A stretch of 64,000 bases of DNA, taken from contig JALGPX010000001.1 in NCBI GenBank assembly GCA_023515795.1, positions 124,001-188,000 on the forward strand, given 5' to 3'. The position numbers and the translations under genes are program-made. Shown piece after piece: positions 56,101-64,000 of the stretch (positions are counted from its first letter, which is position 1; every line of letters begins with the position of its first letter). Source of the DNA: Amoeboaphelidium occidentale. Lineage: Eukaryota. The notes under the pieces are model-generated. The model worked only from the letters and a program-made list of their open reading frames with translations. It was not told where the DNA came from and did not search any database.

Positions 56101-56410
56101 TCTTGACAATATTCGATGACTGTTTTAGCCTGCGAATATTTCGAATAATTTCCTCTTTAAATTGCTCATGAGATCCTTCTGGTAAAGTGTTCCAGTCTCG
56201 CCCAATTTTAACCTGAAGCATATGCGCCCCAAAGAATCGCAAATTGTCATCGTTCTCCTGAAGCAGAGCAAATCCCATCTCCCACGCTTCCGGAAGTTTT
56301 TGATATTCCAAAAGCCATTCGTGTGCCTTCTTTTGCATTACGGAATCCTGACATGAATACATTGCATGGATCGTCGATTTGACCACGTTCTTTTGATCGT
56401 TCGGCGTCAT
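53177..56410 (-). CDS. Importin-13/transportin-3 (Mtr10-like) karyopherin
   Basis: 'KAHEWLLEYQKLPEAW', 'RFFGAHMLQVKI', 'LRLLPEE', 'LNFWYNLQE', 'FRRDIGDTL'. Introns 54553-54583 and 53717-53751. Confidence 0.88.
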
Positions 56411-56577
56411 CCTTGTGATAAAAACATTCTAATGGAATCCATACAATTTTGAATAATTCCAAGTTGAATCTTGCTTCGAGACTAGAACGTTTGCTACGTA
56501 ATGCTATTTATAGAATTGTTTCACCCAATCCTAAATTGTTTTAATCACAGTCGTGATTTCATCCTTCATATATCACT

Positions 56578-58296
56578 ATGAACCGCGATCAAAAGCTACC
56601 GGAGACAATGCAAGAGGGAGAGGAAAAGATCGGCTTGAAGGTTGGGAATGGAAGTAGCAACCGACTGAAAGACCATCGGCCGCAGATCCAACCATTCTCT
56701 TCGACGTCTAACGAAAGACCAGAAGTTCCGTCCTTCAACACTTTGACTGATGATGCGCAGATTATCGCACCATCTTACAATAGCAACAGTAACAAAGTTC
56801 AAGCCCGCGCAAAGACGTTACAATCTGTTCCACCACCCGACAGGAACAACTTTGGAGTTCATGTGGAACCTCGACGAGCTGTTACAACATCAAGACTTCC
56901 TAATTCTGGACCACCCGTCGAAACCTCCAGGACTGAGCCTATTAAGAACTTCAAAGCGCAACACGTATATGTTCCAAACCATATTCAAGTAAGACCTGGC
57001 GGACCACCACAGATCAGAGGATCATCAGGGCATTTGGATGAGCTCACGAGAATATCCAGTACTGGACATTTATCTAGCGGTTCTTCACATCATGGCTCTT
57101 ACCAAGAGATATACTACTCTAATACTAATGATCCTTACATAATTACTGGAACAGGTGGTAATTATGGACCTCGTAAACAAAGCAACGGTAATTATGGACA
57201 ACCTGCCCCTGGTATTGAGTATGGCGCGAATAATGGAGAATATTTTGACTCTAGAAACTCTACAAAATTTATTCCTCGACCGGGAAGAAATGCTCCCAAT
57301 GTACCGGTATTGCAACCTTTCAATCAACCTGCATATCAAAACAATGCTCCTGGTTGGAACGATTATGATCCTCGGCACAGGAAGCATGAAATTATGACGC
57401 CCAATGCTGCTCTGATGGAATCAGTTAAAGGTCTGAATCATTATTCTCATGGTTCTTACTTCAACTCTTCTGCTGCACCTTCAACTGCATCGCCGAATCC
57501 TGCATACAATTACAACGCAGGTTCGATTCAGAATCTACAAGAAAGGAGTGGTTCAGGATCACTATTTGATATCTCATATTATGGAGAGGGGTCTCCTTCT
57601 CATCGACAGAATGGATTTAATCGCGGGCGGCCAGAGTTTAGCCCCAACAGCTCCAAGAATCGTTACACTCATGATATTTTCAATCCCGGTCGCAAGCAAA
57701 ATAGCTCTTCTAACTTTGAAATATCATTTAATAACGGAAAGCCTGCGCAAGGCTTTCAGAATGATTATATGAGTGGACCAGGCTACGATAGAAACAAATC
57801 CAATTCAAAGAGAAACAAAGATTCGAACGATGTCATGTATCACGGCCAACAAGCGGCAACACTGGTTGGAGAAGTCGCGGAGGTTAAATCTGAGAAGTCC
57901 CGGATAAACCGATCTCATTCAGCGCACCATGGCTTTGGGAGAGACGAATCAGTATTTGATAATCCTGCTCACTTTGAAGTGTACAAACCTGATGCCAGGG
58001 GCATAAACTCACATCATAGTAGAGCACCACATCAGAATAATCCAGCAAAATCGAAACTTTCAGCGTTCGCGCTCCCCGTTCCTCCTCTAGCGCCAGACGT
58101 TTTTGGTCACAATGATGCTTCTCACAGAGTAAGGAGTGGCTCTTGGCATGGAGAGTCTATCCCGCGCGGAGGTGTACCAAGGAGTCAAGCATCTGGATAC
58201 AATCCTCCTGTGGTTGCACTTAGAAGAGACGAAATTGAACATGTGCGGAGGGATTTGGGAGCTTTTGGTTTTGATGACAGACGAAGACCATTTTAA
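56578..58296 (+). CDS. Predicted intrinsically disordered N/G/S/P-rich protein, unknown function
   Basis: Intact 572-aa ATG ORF with no recognisable globular domain. Confidence 0.65.
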   Translation: MNRDQKLPETMQEGEEKIGLKVGNGSSNRLKDHRPQIQPFSSTSNERPEVPSFNTLTDDAQIIAPSYNSNSNKVQARAKTLQSVPPPDRNNFGVHVEPRRAVTTSRLPNSGPPVETSRTEPIKNFKAQHVYVPNHIQVRPGGPPQIRGSSGHLDELTRISSTGHLSSGSSHHGSYQEIYYSNTNDPYIITGTGGNYGPRKQSNGNYGQPAPGIEYGANNGEYFDSRNSTKFIPRPGRNAPNVPVLQPFNQPAYQNNAPGWNDYDPRHRKHEIMTPNAALMESVKGLNHYSHGSYFNSSAAPSTASPNPAYNYNAGSIQNLQERSGSGSLFDISYYGEGSPSHRQNGFNRGRPEFSPNSSKNRYTHDIFNPGRKQNSSSNFEISFNNGKPAQGFQNDYMSGPGYDRNKSNSKRNKDSNDVMYHGQQAATLVGEVAEVKSEKSRINRSHSAHHGFGRDESVFDNPAHFEVYKPDARGINSHHSRAPHQNNPAKSKLSAFALPVPPLAPDVFGHNDASHRVRSGSWHGESIPRGGVPRSQASGYNPPVVALRRDEIEHVRRDLGAFGFDDRRRPF

Positions 58297-58309
58297 AATT
58301 ATTAAAATA

Positions 58310-59233
58310 TTACTTTACTACTTTAAGCTTTTTTCTGGATTCCCAATTACTCCAAGGATCGTAGCGTTCTGATGAAAACAAAGACGTTTGTAAAGGTAGA
58401 GGTTCAGTTTGAATATCTTCTAAGGGCAAAACACTCTTTTTAGGCTTACCGACTTGTGGTGTCATAAAAGCAGCTTCCAGTTTCTTCATAGTTTCATTTT
58501 CAATATGTCCATTAGAAGTATCTTTTGTTTTTGGTGGAATATTTCCTAATAGCTTCGATTCTATAGCGATAGCCTGATAATCAGCGTCTTCGATCGCAGT
58601 GAACGGATTTGATCTTTTGATTGTTGGGCCCCAAGATTTCGACATTGAAGGAGCGGATATTTTGAGCTGATGCCCTTTCGATGCAGCCAGAGCAGCGATT
58701 TTTTCGTCTTCATCGACTTCTTGTTCTTTTGGTAACTTTGGAAGCCACGGTAACGCAAACTGAAACTTTTGCCGGTCTTCTTCAGACATCTCATCAAAGA
58801 ATCCCGTCCTTTTGAAGTTGCCGTTACCGTCTAATGGGTCTACTTCCATGCCATAAGAGCCAGTTTCGTTTAAAGTATTCTGTGAATTTCTGTCGTGTTG
58901 CTGTCGAAGCGCCTTCTCGAAAGAATTATGTAATTTTGGCATGACCTGCTCTAATGCGCCGGTAGTTTTGCGCGCCCCATGAAATTGCTTTAATTCCTCC
59001 ACAGAAACGCCCAATTCCTTCAGTACAAAGTTCATATCCAAAGCATTAGGCCAGGTTCTCGAGCAAAGTTCTGATTTCATCGTTGCCAATTCTCCAATCC
59101 TCTCAATATACAAAGCCAAGGCATCCGCAAGCACATTAATGCAGCCCCAATTGATGGAATCGAACGGTGTTGCGCTAAAGAGGTACACAGCCAAGTGCCA
59201 CTTTAAAATCTCGTCGAAAGGCTGTGCTGACAT
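58310..59233 (-). CDS. Bromodomain-associated histone-fold protein (TAF3/TAF8-like)
   Basis: 'CINVLADALALYIERIG...ELCSRTWPNALDMNFVLKELGVSVEEL' and 'LPWLPKLP'. ATG at 59233. Confidence 0.75.
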   Translation of the reverse strand: MSAQPFDEILKWHLAVYLFSATPFDSINWGCINVLADALALYIERIGELATMKSELCSRTWPNALDMNFVLKELGVSVEELKQFHGARKTTGALEQVMPKLHNSFEKALRQQHDRNSQNTLNETGSYGMEVDPLDGNGNFKRTGFFDEMSEEDRQKFQFALPWLPKLPKEQEVDEDEKIAALAASKGHQLKISAPSMSKSWGPTIKRSNPFTAIEDADYQAIAIESKLLGNIPPKTKDTSNGHIENETMKKLEAAFMTPQVGKPKKSVLPLEDIQTEPLPLQTSLFSSERYDPWSNWESRKKLKVVK

Positions 59234-59255
59234 CGAATTATTGAAAACGAAAAAT

Positions 59256-60098
59256 CTAGGCGACTCTATTTGGATCCCAGCAAAACTTTTTGATCTTTCC
59301 ACAATGCGGTTTCAACTTTCCAGTGATATCTGTGCATTCTTTGATAGTCTGGACCTCATGGTTCTCCTGTAAACGATCTCGGTTCGATGCTTTTGGTATA
59401 ACGCCAACACCCAAGTCAAGTGCCCATTTAAGTAGAACTTGAGCAGGTGTCATTTCATTCTCTTTTGATAATTCTTGTAACCACGAAGGAACGTTCCTTA
59501 ACAATTCGCCTTCACCAAAACTCGAGTATGCCTGTAAGAAAATACGCTCACAGCGACAATACTCGTACAGCTCTTCGTCAAAGCATAGCGGGTGAAATTC
59601 TGTTTGGAGCATATGCGGTCTTATGTCGCACGATTCCTGTAATTGTCTCAAGTGCTCAACTGTGAAATTACTCACGCCAATGCTTCTGAATGAGCCACTT
59701 TTGTAATGCTGTTCCATCACAGCCCATGACTCGTGTCTGTACTGTTTGTTGCGAGGATCTTCAGGAGGTATACCACCAGAACCAGGCCAATGCATAAGGT
59801 AGCAATCAATCACCTCTTTACCCAACTTTTCCATTGAAAGCGCTATAGCTCTTTTACATTTCTCTGTTCCTTGGTCTCTTGGGCTTAATTTGGTTGTAAT
59901 AAATATTCGATCGTTATTGTAATCTTTTAGCACGGCACCAATATCTTGCTCGTTCTTGTACACGCTTGCCGTATCAATTAACTTGTATCCAAGCGACAAT
60001 GCTTCTTTAACAACAGATTTACAAGTATCATCTCTCAGTCTGTACGTGCCTAATCCGACTGCTGGGATCTTTACACCGTTTGATAATTCAAATTCCAT
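59256..60098 (-). CDS. Aldo-keto reductase
   Basis: 'IPAVGLGTY', 'IDTASVYKNE', 'YLMHWP', 'SIGVSNF', 'VIPKAS'. Confidence 0.95.
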   Translation of the reverse strand: MEFELSNGVKIPAVGLGTYRLRDDTCKSVVKEALSLGYKLIDTASVYKNEQDIGAVLKDYNNDRIFITTKLSPRDQGTEKCKRAIALSMEKLGKEVIDCYLMHWPGSGGIPPEDPRNKQYRHESWAVMEQHYKSGSFRSIGVSNFTVEHLRQLQESCDIRPHMLQTEFHPLCFDEELYEYCRCERIFLQAYSSFGEGELLRNVPSWLQELSKENEMTPAQVLLKWALDLGVGVIPKASNRDRLQENHEVQTIKECTDITGKLKPHCGKIKKFCWDPNRVA

Positions 60099-60127
60099 CC
60101 TTTTCTGTATATTGATATCACAGAAAA

Positions 60128-60388
60128 ATGACCGTGGTCTCGTCTGCTGTGAGCTCAGGCAGATTTAAACCAACACCGCCCGCTAAAGGAAGTTTTCCTT
60201 TTGATAGACTTGGCTACTGTAAAGAGCTCGTGGAAAAGTACATGGCGTGTCTTAAATCCAACAAGGGAAATATTGAACAATGTCGAGAATTGTCAAAAGG
60301 ATACTTGGAATGTCGTATGGAGCACAACTTAATGGCTGAAGACCGATGGGAAAATTTGGGCTTTAAAGAGCAGGATAAAAAGGCTTAA
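60128..60388 (+). CDS. COX19: Cytochrome c oxidase assembly protein Cox19
   Basis: 'PTPPAKGSFPFD', twin CX9C, 'YLECRMEHNLM...LGF'. Confidence 0.93.
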   Translation: MTVVSSAVSSGRFKPTPPAKGSFPFDRLGYCKELVEKYMACLKSNKGNIEQCRELSKGYLECRMEHNLMAEDRWENLGFKEQDKKA

Positions 60389-60398
60389 TTGATTTTTA

Positions 60399-61961
60399 CT
60401 AATAGATTTTCTTTGCTACTCGAATATCGTATTGCGTTGAGGCATTTCTTCTCCACCAGTCCATCAAGCCCTTGTTTGACGTGACGATCTCTACTCTTGT
60501 AGAACCCTGAGGCAATTTGGATCTTAAATCTGGTGCTGCGAACATTGCTTCTTGTTTTGTCATGATATTTCTTTGAGTAACAGTCTCGAAGGATGATTGT
60601 GATGATACAGAATTTTCTGTATTCGTGCTGTCTCTTTTAAACCAACTTGAGAAGGATCCAACGGAGAATAGAGTGGAGTCTTTACTTTGTTTAGCATCTG
60701 CAAATTCATCTTGTATGTGGTCATTTAGTTGAGATCCTTCAAGTAAAGACTTTGTTAGAATGATATCTTCATTATTTCCTTGGAACTTTGTTAACTTCAC
60801 AAAGCCAAATGATCTTTTAGCTTGTTCTAGTAATCTTAAATAAGGGATTCTTTGTATGCGATCAAAATACGTGTTCTGCAAGTTTGTGGCAGACGCAAGC
60901 GGTTCTCTCTTTAAACTTGTGTACGTACTAATTGACGATAATAGATCAGATTTCACTCTCAGATCATAGTAGGGCTTGTAGACTATTGGTGCTTTCAGAA
61001 TAGACTTTCCGAGTAATGGAAGTGATAGCATAGCGACCGTGATTAATTGTTCCTTCAATGTAAAGAATTCATCAAAATCCGGGAATCTTGGTTCCATAAA
61101 AGTAATACTATCGTAGAAAGATAATTCTCTCAATGGTAGGCGATACTGGAATAGATTGTTCTTATTAAGCGTAACATTGAATTCTGAGATTGGGGCATTC
61201 AGTAAATCTTTCTTGGTCAGAGCAAGCATAAGATCACAACCATATCCAACAGCCACAATGTTAACACTAGAGTCGTTATTAAATACCAAAGAAGGAATAA
61301 CTGAGGTAAGGAAGTACGAGATTGTCAATAAGTGCAGGTCGATGGTGTCCTCTAATGACATGCCTCTAACAAAATCGCTCTTTCCCAGTGACGACAAATG
61401 AAGTTTAAGAACTTGACTGCCAAGATATCTTTCATCAATGCTCTGTCCAAATTCTTCGAGGTGAAAGTCAGGAATCAGCACCGTGAAATCATAAGAACCG
61501 ACAATGCGACGATCGTTCACAGCTTGAGTATACGCAATACGAATACCATTAGGAAGATCAAAGTAATCAATGTTAAGATCATCATCAGCTCTAACATTTA
61601 AAGGTCTTTCAACCCTCATGGGCTCAACTTCTTGCCAAAGATCAGCAGGGCTGTAACTGAAGGGCTTCCAAGCATTAGAGCACTGATACTTCTTTCTTCT
61701 TGAAGTCAAATAGGAGCAAGCAGTCACAGTAAGATACAATAATAAAGACGGAAGAGCTATGAACATGAGTTGAAACCACAATGATCTTCTTGTAATGAAC
61801 ATATGGATCTCGCACAGCACAAAGCACTCAATAGCTCGCATAAATCTTTGCGAGCTATCAAAGGCACCTTTAATTCTGTTCAGATAAGCTTCGATATGAT
61901 CTCCGTAAAGGCTCTGAAAGTCTTCTGATGCTGCTCGAAGAATCTGTGCGAAAATGTGCAT
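60399..61961 (-). CDS. Membrane-anchored degenerate alpha/beta-hydrolase-like protein
   Basis: TM segment, then 'YFDLPNGIRIAY', 'LSSLGKSD', 'VNIVAVGYG' at the nucleophile-elbow position. Confidence 0.45.
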   Translation of the reverse strand: MHIFAQILRAASEDFQSLYGDHIEAYLNRIKGAFDSSQRFMRAIECFVLCEIHMFITRRSLWFQLMFIALPSLLLYLTVTACSYLTSRRKKYQCSNAWKPFSYSPADLWQEVEPMRVERPLNVRADDDLNIDYFDLPNGIRIAYTQAVNDRRIVGSYDFTVLIPDFHLEEFGQSIDERYLGSQVLKLHLSSLGKSDFVRGMSLEDTIDLHLLTISYFLTSVIPSLVFNNDSSVNIVAVGYGCDLMLALTKKDLLNAPISEFNVTLNKNNLFQYRLPLRELSFYDSITFMEPRFPDFDEFFTLKEQLITVAMLSLPLLGKSILKAPIVYKPYYDLRVKSDLLSSISTYTSLKREPLASATNLQNTYFDRIQRIPYLRLLEQAKRSFGFVKLTKFQGNNEDIILTKSLLEGSQLNDHIQDEFADAKQSKDSTLFSVGSFSSWFKRDSTNTENSVSSQSSFETVTQRNIMTKQEAMFAAPDLRSKLPQGSTRVEIVTSNKGLMDWWRRNASTQYDIRVAKKIY

Positions 61962-62275
61962 TTCTGGAAAATAGCAGAGCGCGAGGTTTCAATTAGAGCA
62001 GTTGGGAATTCGCTCTTTTCCGGGGCCTCAAGGGGAATCTTTTTGTTGAATTTAAAAGCCTCTAGCGTTAGTCCAGTTGAAGCATCTATGTTGCCAGAGC
62101 GTGTCACTCGATGTCCTGCTCCATGTGCAATACCATCAAAGTAACATAACGAAGATGAAACTTAATGACATTTTAAAACGATTCCTGTTAAGCAGAAACT
62201 CAAATATATCATTTGGGGCAGATTTGTTCCTGGTGTCAAAGGTCAAGCTTGTTCAAACAACCTCGAATCTTCAAA

Positions 62276-64000
62276 ATGTCTTCGATTTCTGATGAATCTG
62301 TGCCTGTAGCACCCGCGGAAGGAATCGATCTGAGGCCAGAAGCCACGGGAGTAGAACAGGTACCTAAGGATTCTGCAATACTGAAAGATCAGTTGGTAGT
62401 TCCATCAAATGCTCAAGAGCCTAATCAATCGCTCAGCGTTTCAGCTCAAAAGTCCAGCAAAATACAGCAGGGCCATTCAAAGCCACTGAGAACATCCACA
62501 ATGTCGACGATTAATATGCTTCAGAATATTGTAAAGGAAGGATACTTGAACAGAAAGACTGAGCATTATCATTTGCTCGGAAGCAACAGCACTACCATTG
62601 GAAAGACTTGGAAAGTATATAAAGTAGTCCTTAGAGGAACCAAACTGTACTTCTTCAAGCCACCTACTGATCATGGCCTGAAGAACTGGTTTCCGACTAT
62701 AAAGGCTGGCGGAGCAGACGTCGAACAGCAGCGTGCGAAGACAGGCAAAGATCAGCCCGTTACTGGAAGCGATGCAATCCCATCTAACTTCGCATTTGAT
62801 GTAAATGCTTTTACTGCTTCTCTATCTTCAGGTGTAGCTTCAAAGGCTGATGAGGCATACTCAAACAGGCAAGTTACAGAAAAAGCTAGCAGTAACAAAG
62901 GATTGGAATTGGTTCCTAGCATGTTTGATGCTTCAACGAAGCTATTGCTTTTCTCTGATACCGTCATACCCTCTTTAACATCCCAAGGGTCAGCAAGTAC
63001 ACCCAAATCTTCTTTATCTCCTAAAGCGCAAGGCAGTGAAACAACTAACTTGATTTCTAAGTACGATTATGGAGATGTATTCTTTGAACTTGATGTGATG
63101 AATATGAGGTTCAAACAGCAACTAGTGCTGTTGATATTTGAAGATAATGTGATGGTATTAACGAAAAAATGGGTCAGGATTACGAGATCAACTGAGCAAC
63201 AGGGTGATAATCGTCGTTCAATGGACTTGCATGATGGGTCTGAAAGTGCAGGATCACGTATTAAAACTATGCTTCTTGGTGGTACCGGTGGTGGTCAAGG
63301 AACTTCTTCAGCAGGACAAGAATTTAAGAAGATTCCGATTGACAATAGTGTTAATTTGACTGCAGGAAAAACCATGACAAAACTTACATTTGACGTAACA
63401 TATCCTTTACATGCTGTTCAAGTGTATCCCACTGTTACCGTTGTTCCGGTTGATGCAGCTATTCATCCTCACGGAAACAAAGGTGCTCCAGAAACTACAC
63501 ACCGTACTGAAGAAACAATTTACTGCTTCGAGTTCGTGTTACCAGATCAGCAAAGAAGATTCTTTAGAGCCAGGAATCAACAAGCCAGGGATCTTTGGAT
63601 TAGAAAATTTGAGGCTGCAAAGGAAGAGCATCATTTAAGGCTTGGAATTCCTTTGGAGAAGAGAATCAATTCTGATACTCCAATTTCTCCAGAGGAAATT
63701 GCTCGAATGTGGGGTTCTGAATTTGACAGCAAGACATCGACAGAGAAACTTAGTGATTCTGCTAGACCTGTCTCTTTTCTTCCTCAGGCTCCAAAGAGAC
63801 AACGCAAATTTTGGGGTATTGGAAGGCATCCTGAAATCTACGTGGCACAAGATGGTTCTGTAGAAGTTTTGCAAGGTGGAACATCGGAGGGTTTGATACA
63901 CGAGTTTTTGTTCCGAAATGTTTCATCATCTTCTTCAGCCCTTTCTTACGAGAATCTCAAGAAAGTTTTAATAACTTTGTCTGGAGGTCCTATTTGTGGT
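62276..64000 (+). CDS. Bem2-like PH/RasGEF(REM) signalling protein, 5' part (runs off the right edge; absent from the ORF track)
   Basis: Frame from ATG 62276 gives 'IVKEGYLNRK...WKVYKVVLRGTKLYFFKPP' (split PH), later 'FWGIGRHPEI...GGTSEGLIHEFLF' (REM-like). Confidence 0.65.
   Translation, partial: MSSISDESVPVAPAEGIDLRPEATGVEQVPKDSAILKDQLVVPSNAQEPNQSLSVSAQKSSKIQQGHSKPLRTSTMSTINMLQNIVKEGYLNRKTEHYHLLGSNSTTIGKTWKVYKVVLRGTKLYFFKPPTDHGLKNWFPTIKAGGADVEQQRAKTGKDQPVTGSDAIPSNFAFDVNAFTASLSSGVASKADEAYSNRQVTEKASSNKGLELVPSMFDASTKLLLFSDTVIPSLTSQGSASTPKSSLSPKAQGSETTNLISKYDYGDVFFELDVMNMRFKQQLVLLIFEDNVMVLTKKWVRITRSTEQQGDNRRSMDLHDGSESAGSRIKTMLLGGTGGGQGTSSAGQEFKKIPIDNSVNLTAGKTMTKLTFDVTYPLHAVQVYPTVTVVPVDAAIHPHGNKGAPETTHRTEETIYCFEFVLPDQQRRFFRARNQQARDLWIRKFEAAKEEHHLRLGIPLEKRINSDTPISPEEIARMWGSEFDSKTSTEKLSDSARPVSFLPQAPKRQRKFWGIGRHPEIYVAQDGSVEVLQGGTSEGLIHEFLFRNVSSSSSALSYENLKKVLITLSGGPICG

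Noticed and set aside
886..63901. Many short antisense or alternate-frame ORFs in the track
   Set aside because: They overlap well-supported genes and carry no motifs; expected shadow ORFs.
1..64000. Genome-wide TAA/TAG-to-Gln reassignment
   Set aside because: TAG/TAA end proteins exactly at conserved C-termini (FucT EVIFV-TAG, HSDL2 SKL-TAA, PUP3 RMD-TAA), and long genes lack internal TAR.

Overview
Gene-dense eukaryotic DNA with about 42 protein-coding genes in 64 kb. Intergenic gaps are often under 100 nt, spliceosomal GT-AG introns are 31-62 nt, and the code is standard (TAA/TAG end proteins exactly at conserved C-termini). The gene set mixes fungal hallmarks (Zn2Cys6 factor, Bem2-like GEF/GAP, MET13-type MTHFR) with genes better known from animals or other eukaryotes (PLEKHH/MAX-1, IRSp53-like I-BAR-SH3, FAM134/RETREG-like, HSDL2, DUSP19). 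This suggests an early-diverging fungus or opisthosporidian (aphelid/Rozella-like); that placement is inference only. No rRNA, tRNA, transposon or CRISPR was recognised. Four duplications flanking N gaps look like unmerged haplotype overlaps. Highlights: (1) an intronless plant/green-algal-type core alpha-1,3-fucosyltransferase converging on a surface glycoprotein with sequon-packed 34-aa repeats; (2) a stand-alone beta-adaptin ear fused to a prion-like Q/N/Y/G domain; (3) a single in-frame TAG in an otherwise intact beta-mannosidase; (4) a decayed Crinkler-like header gene; (5) extreme gene packing, including two stop codons sharing one CTAG. All family calls come from motif recognition by eye, not database searches.
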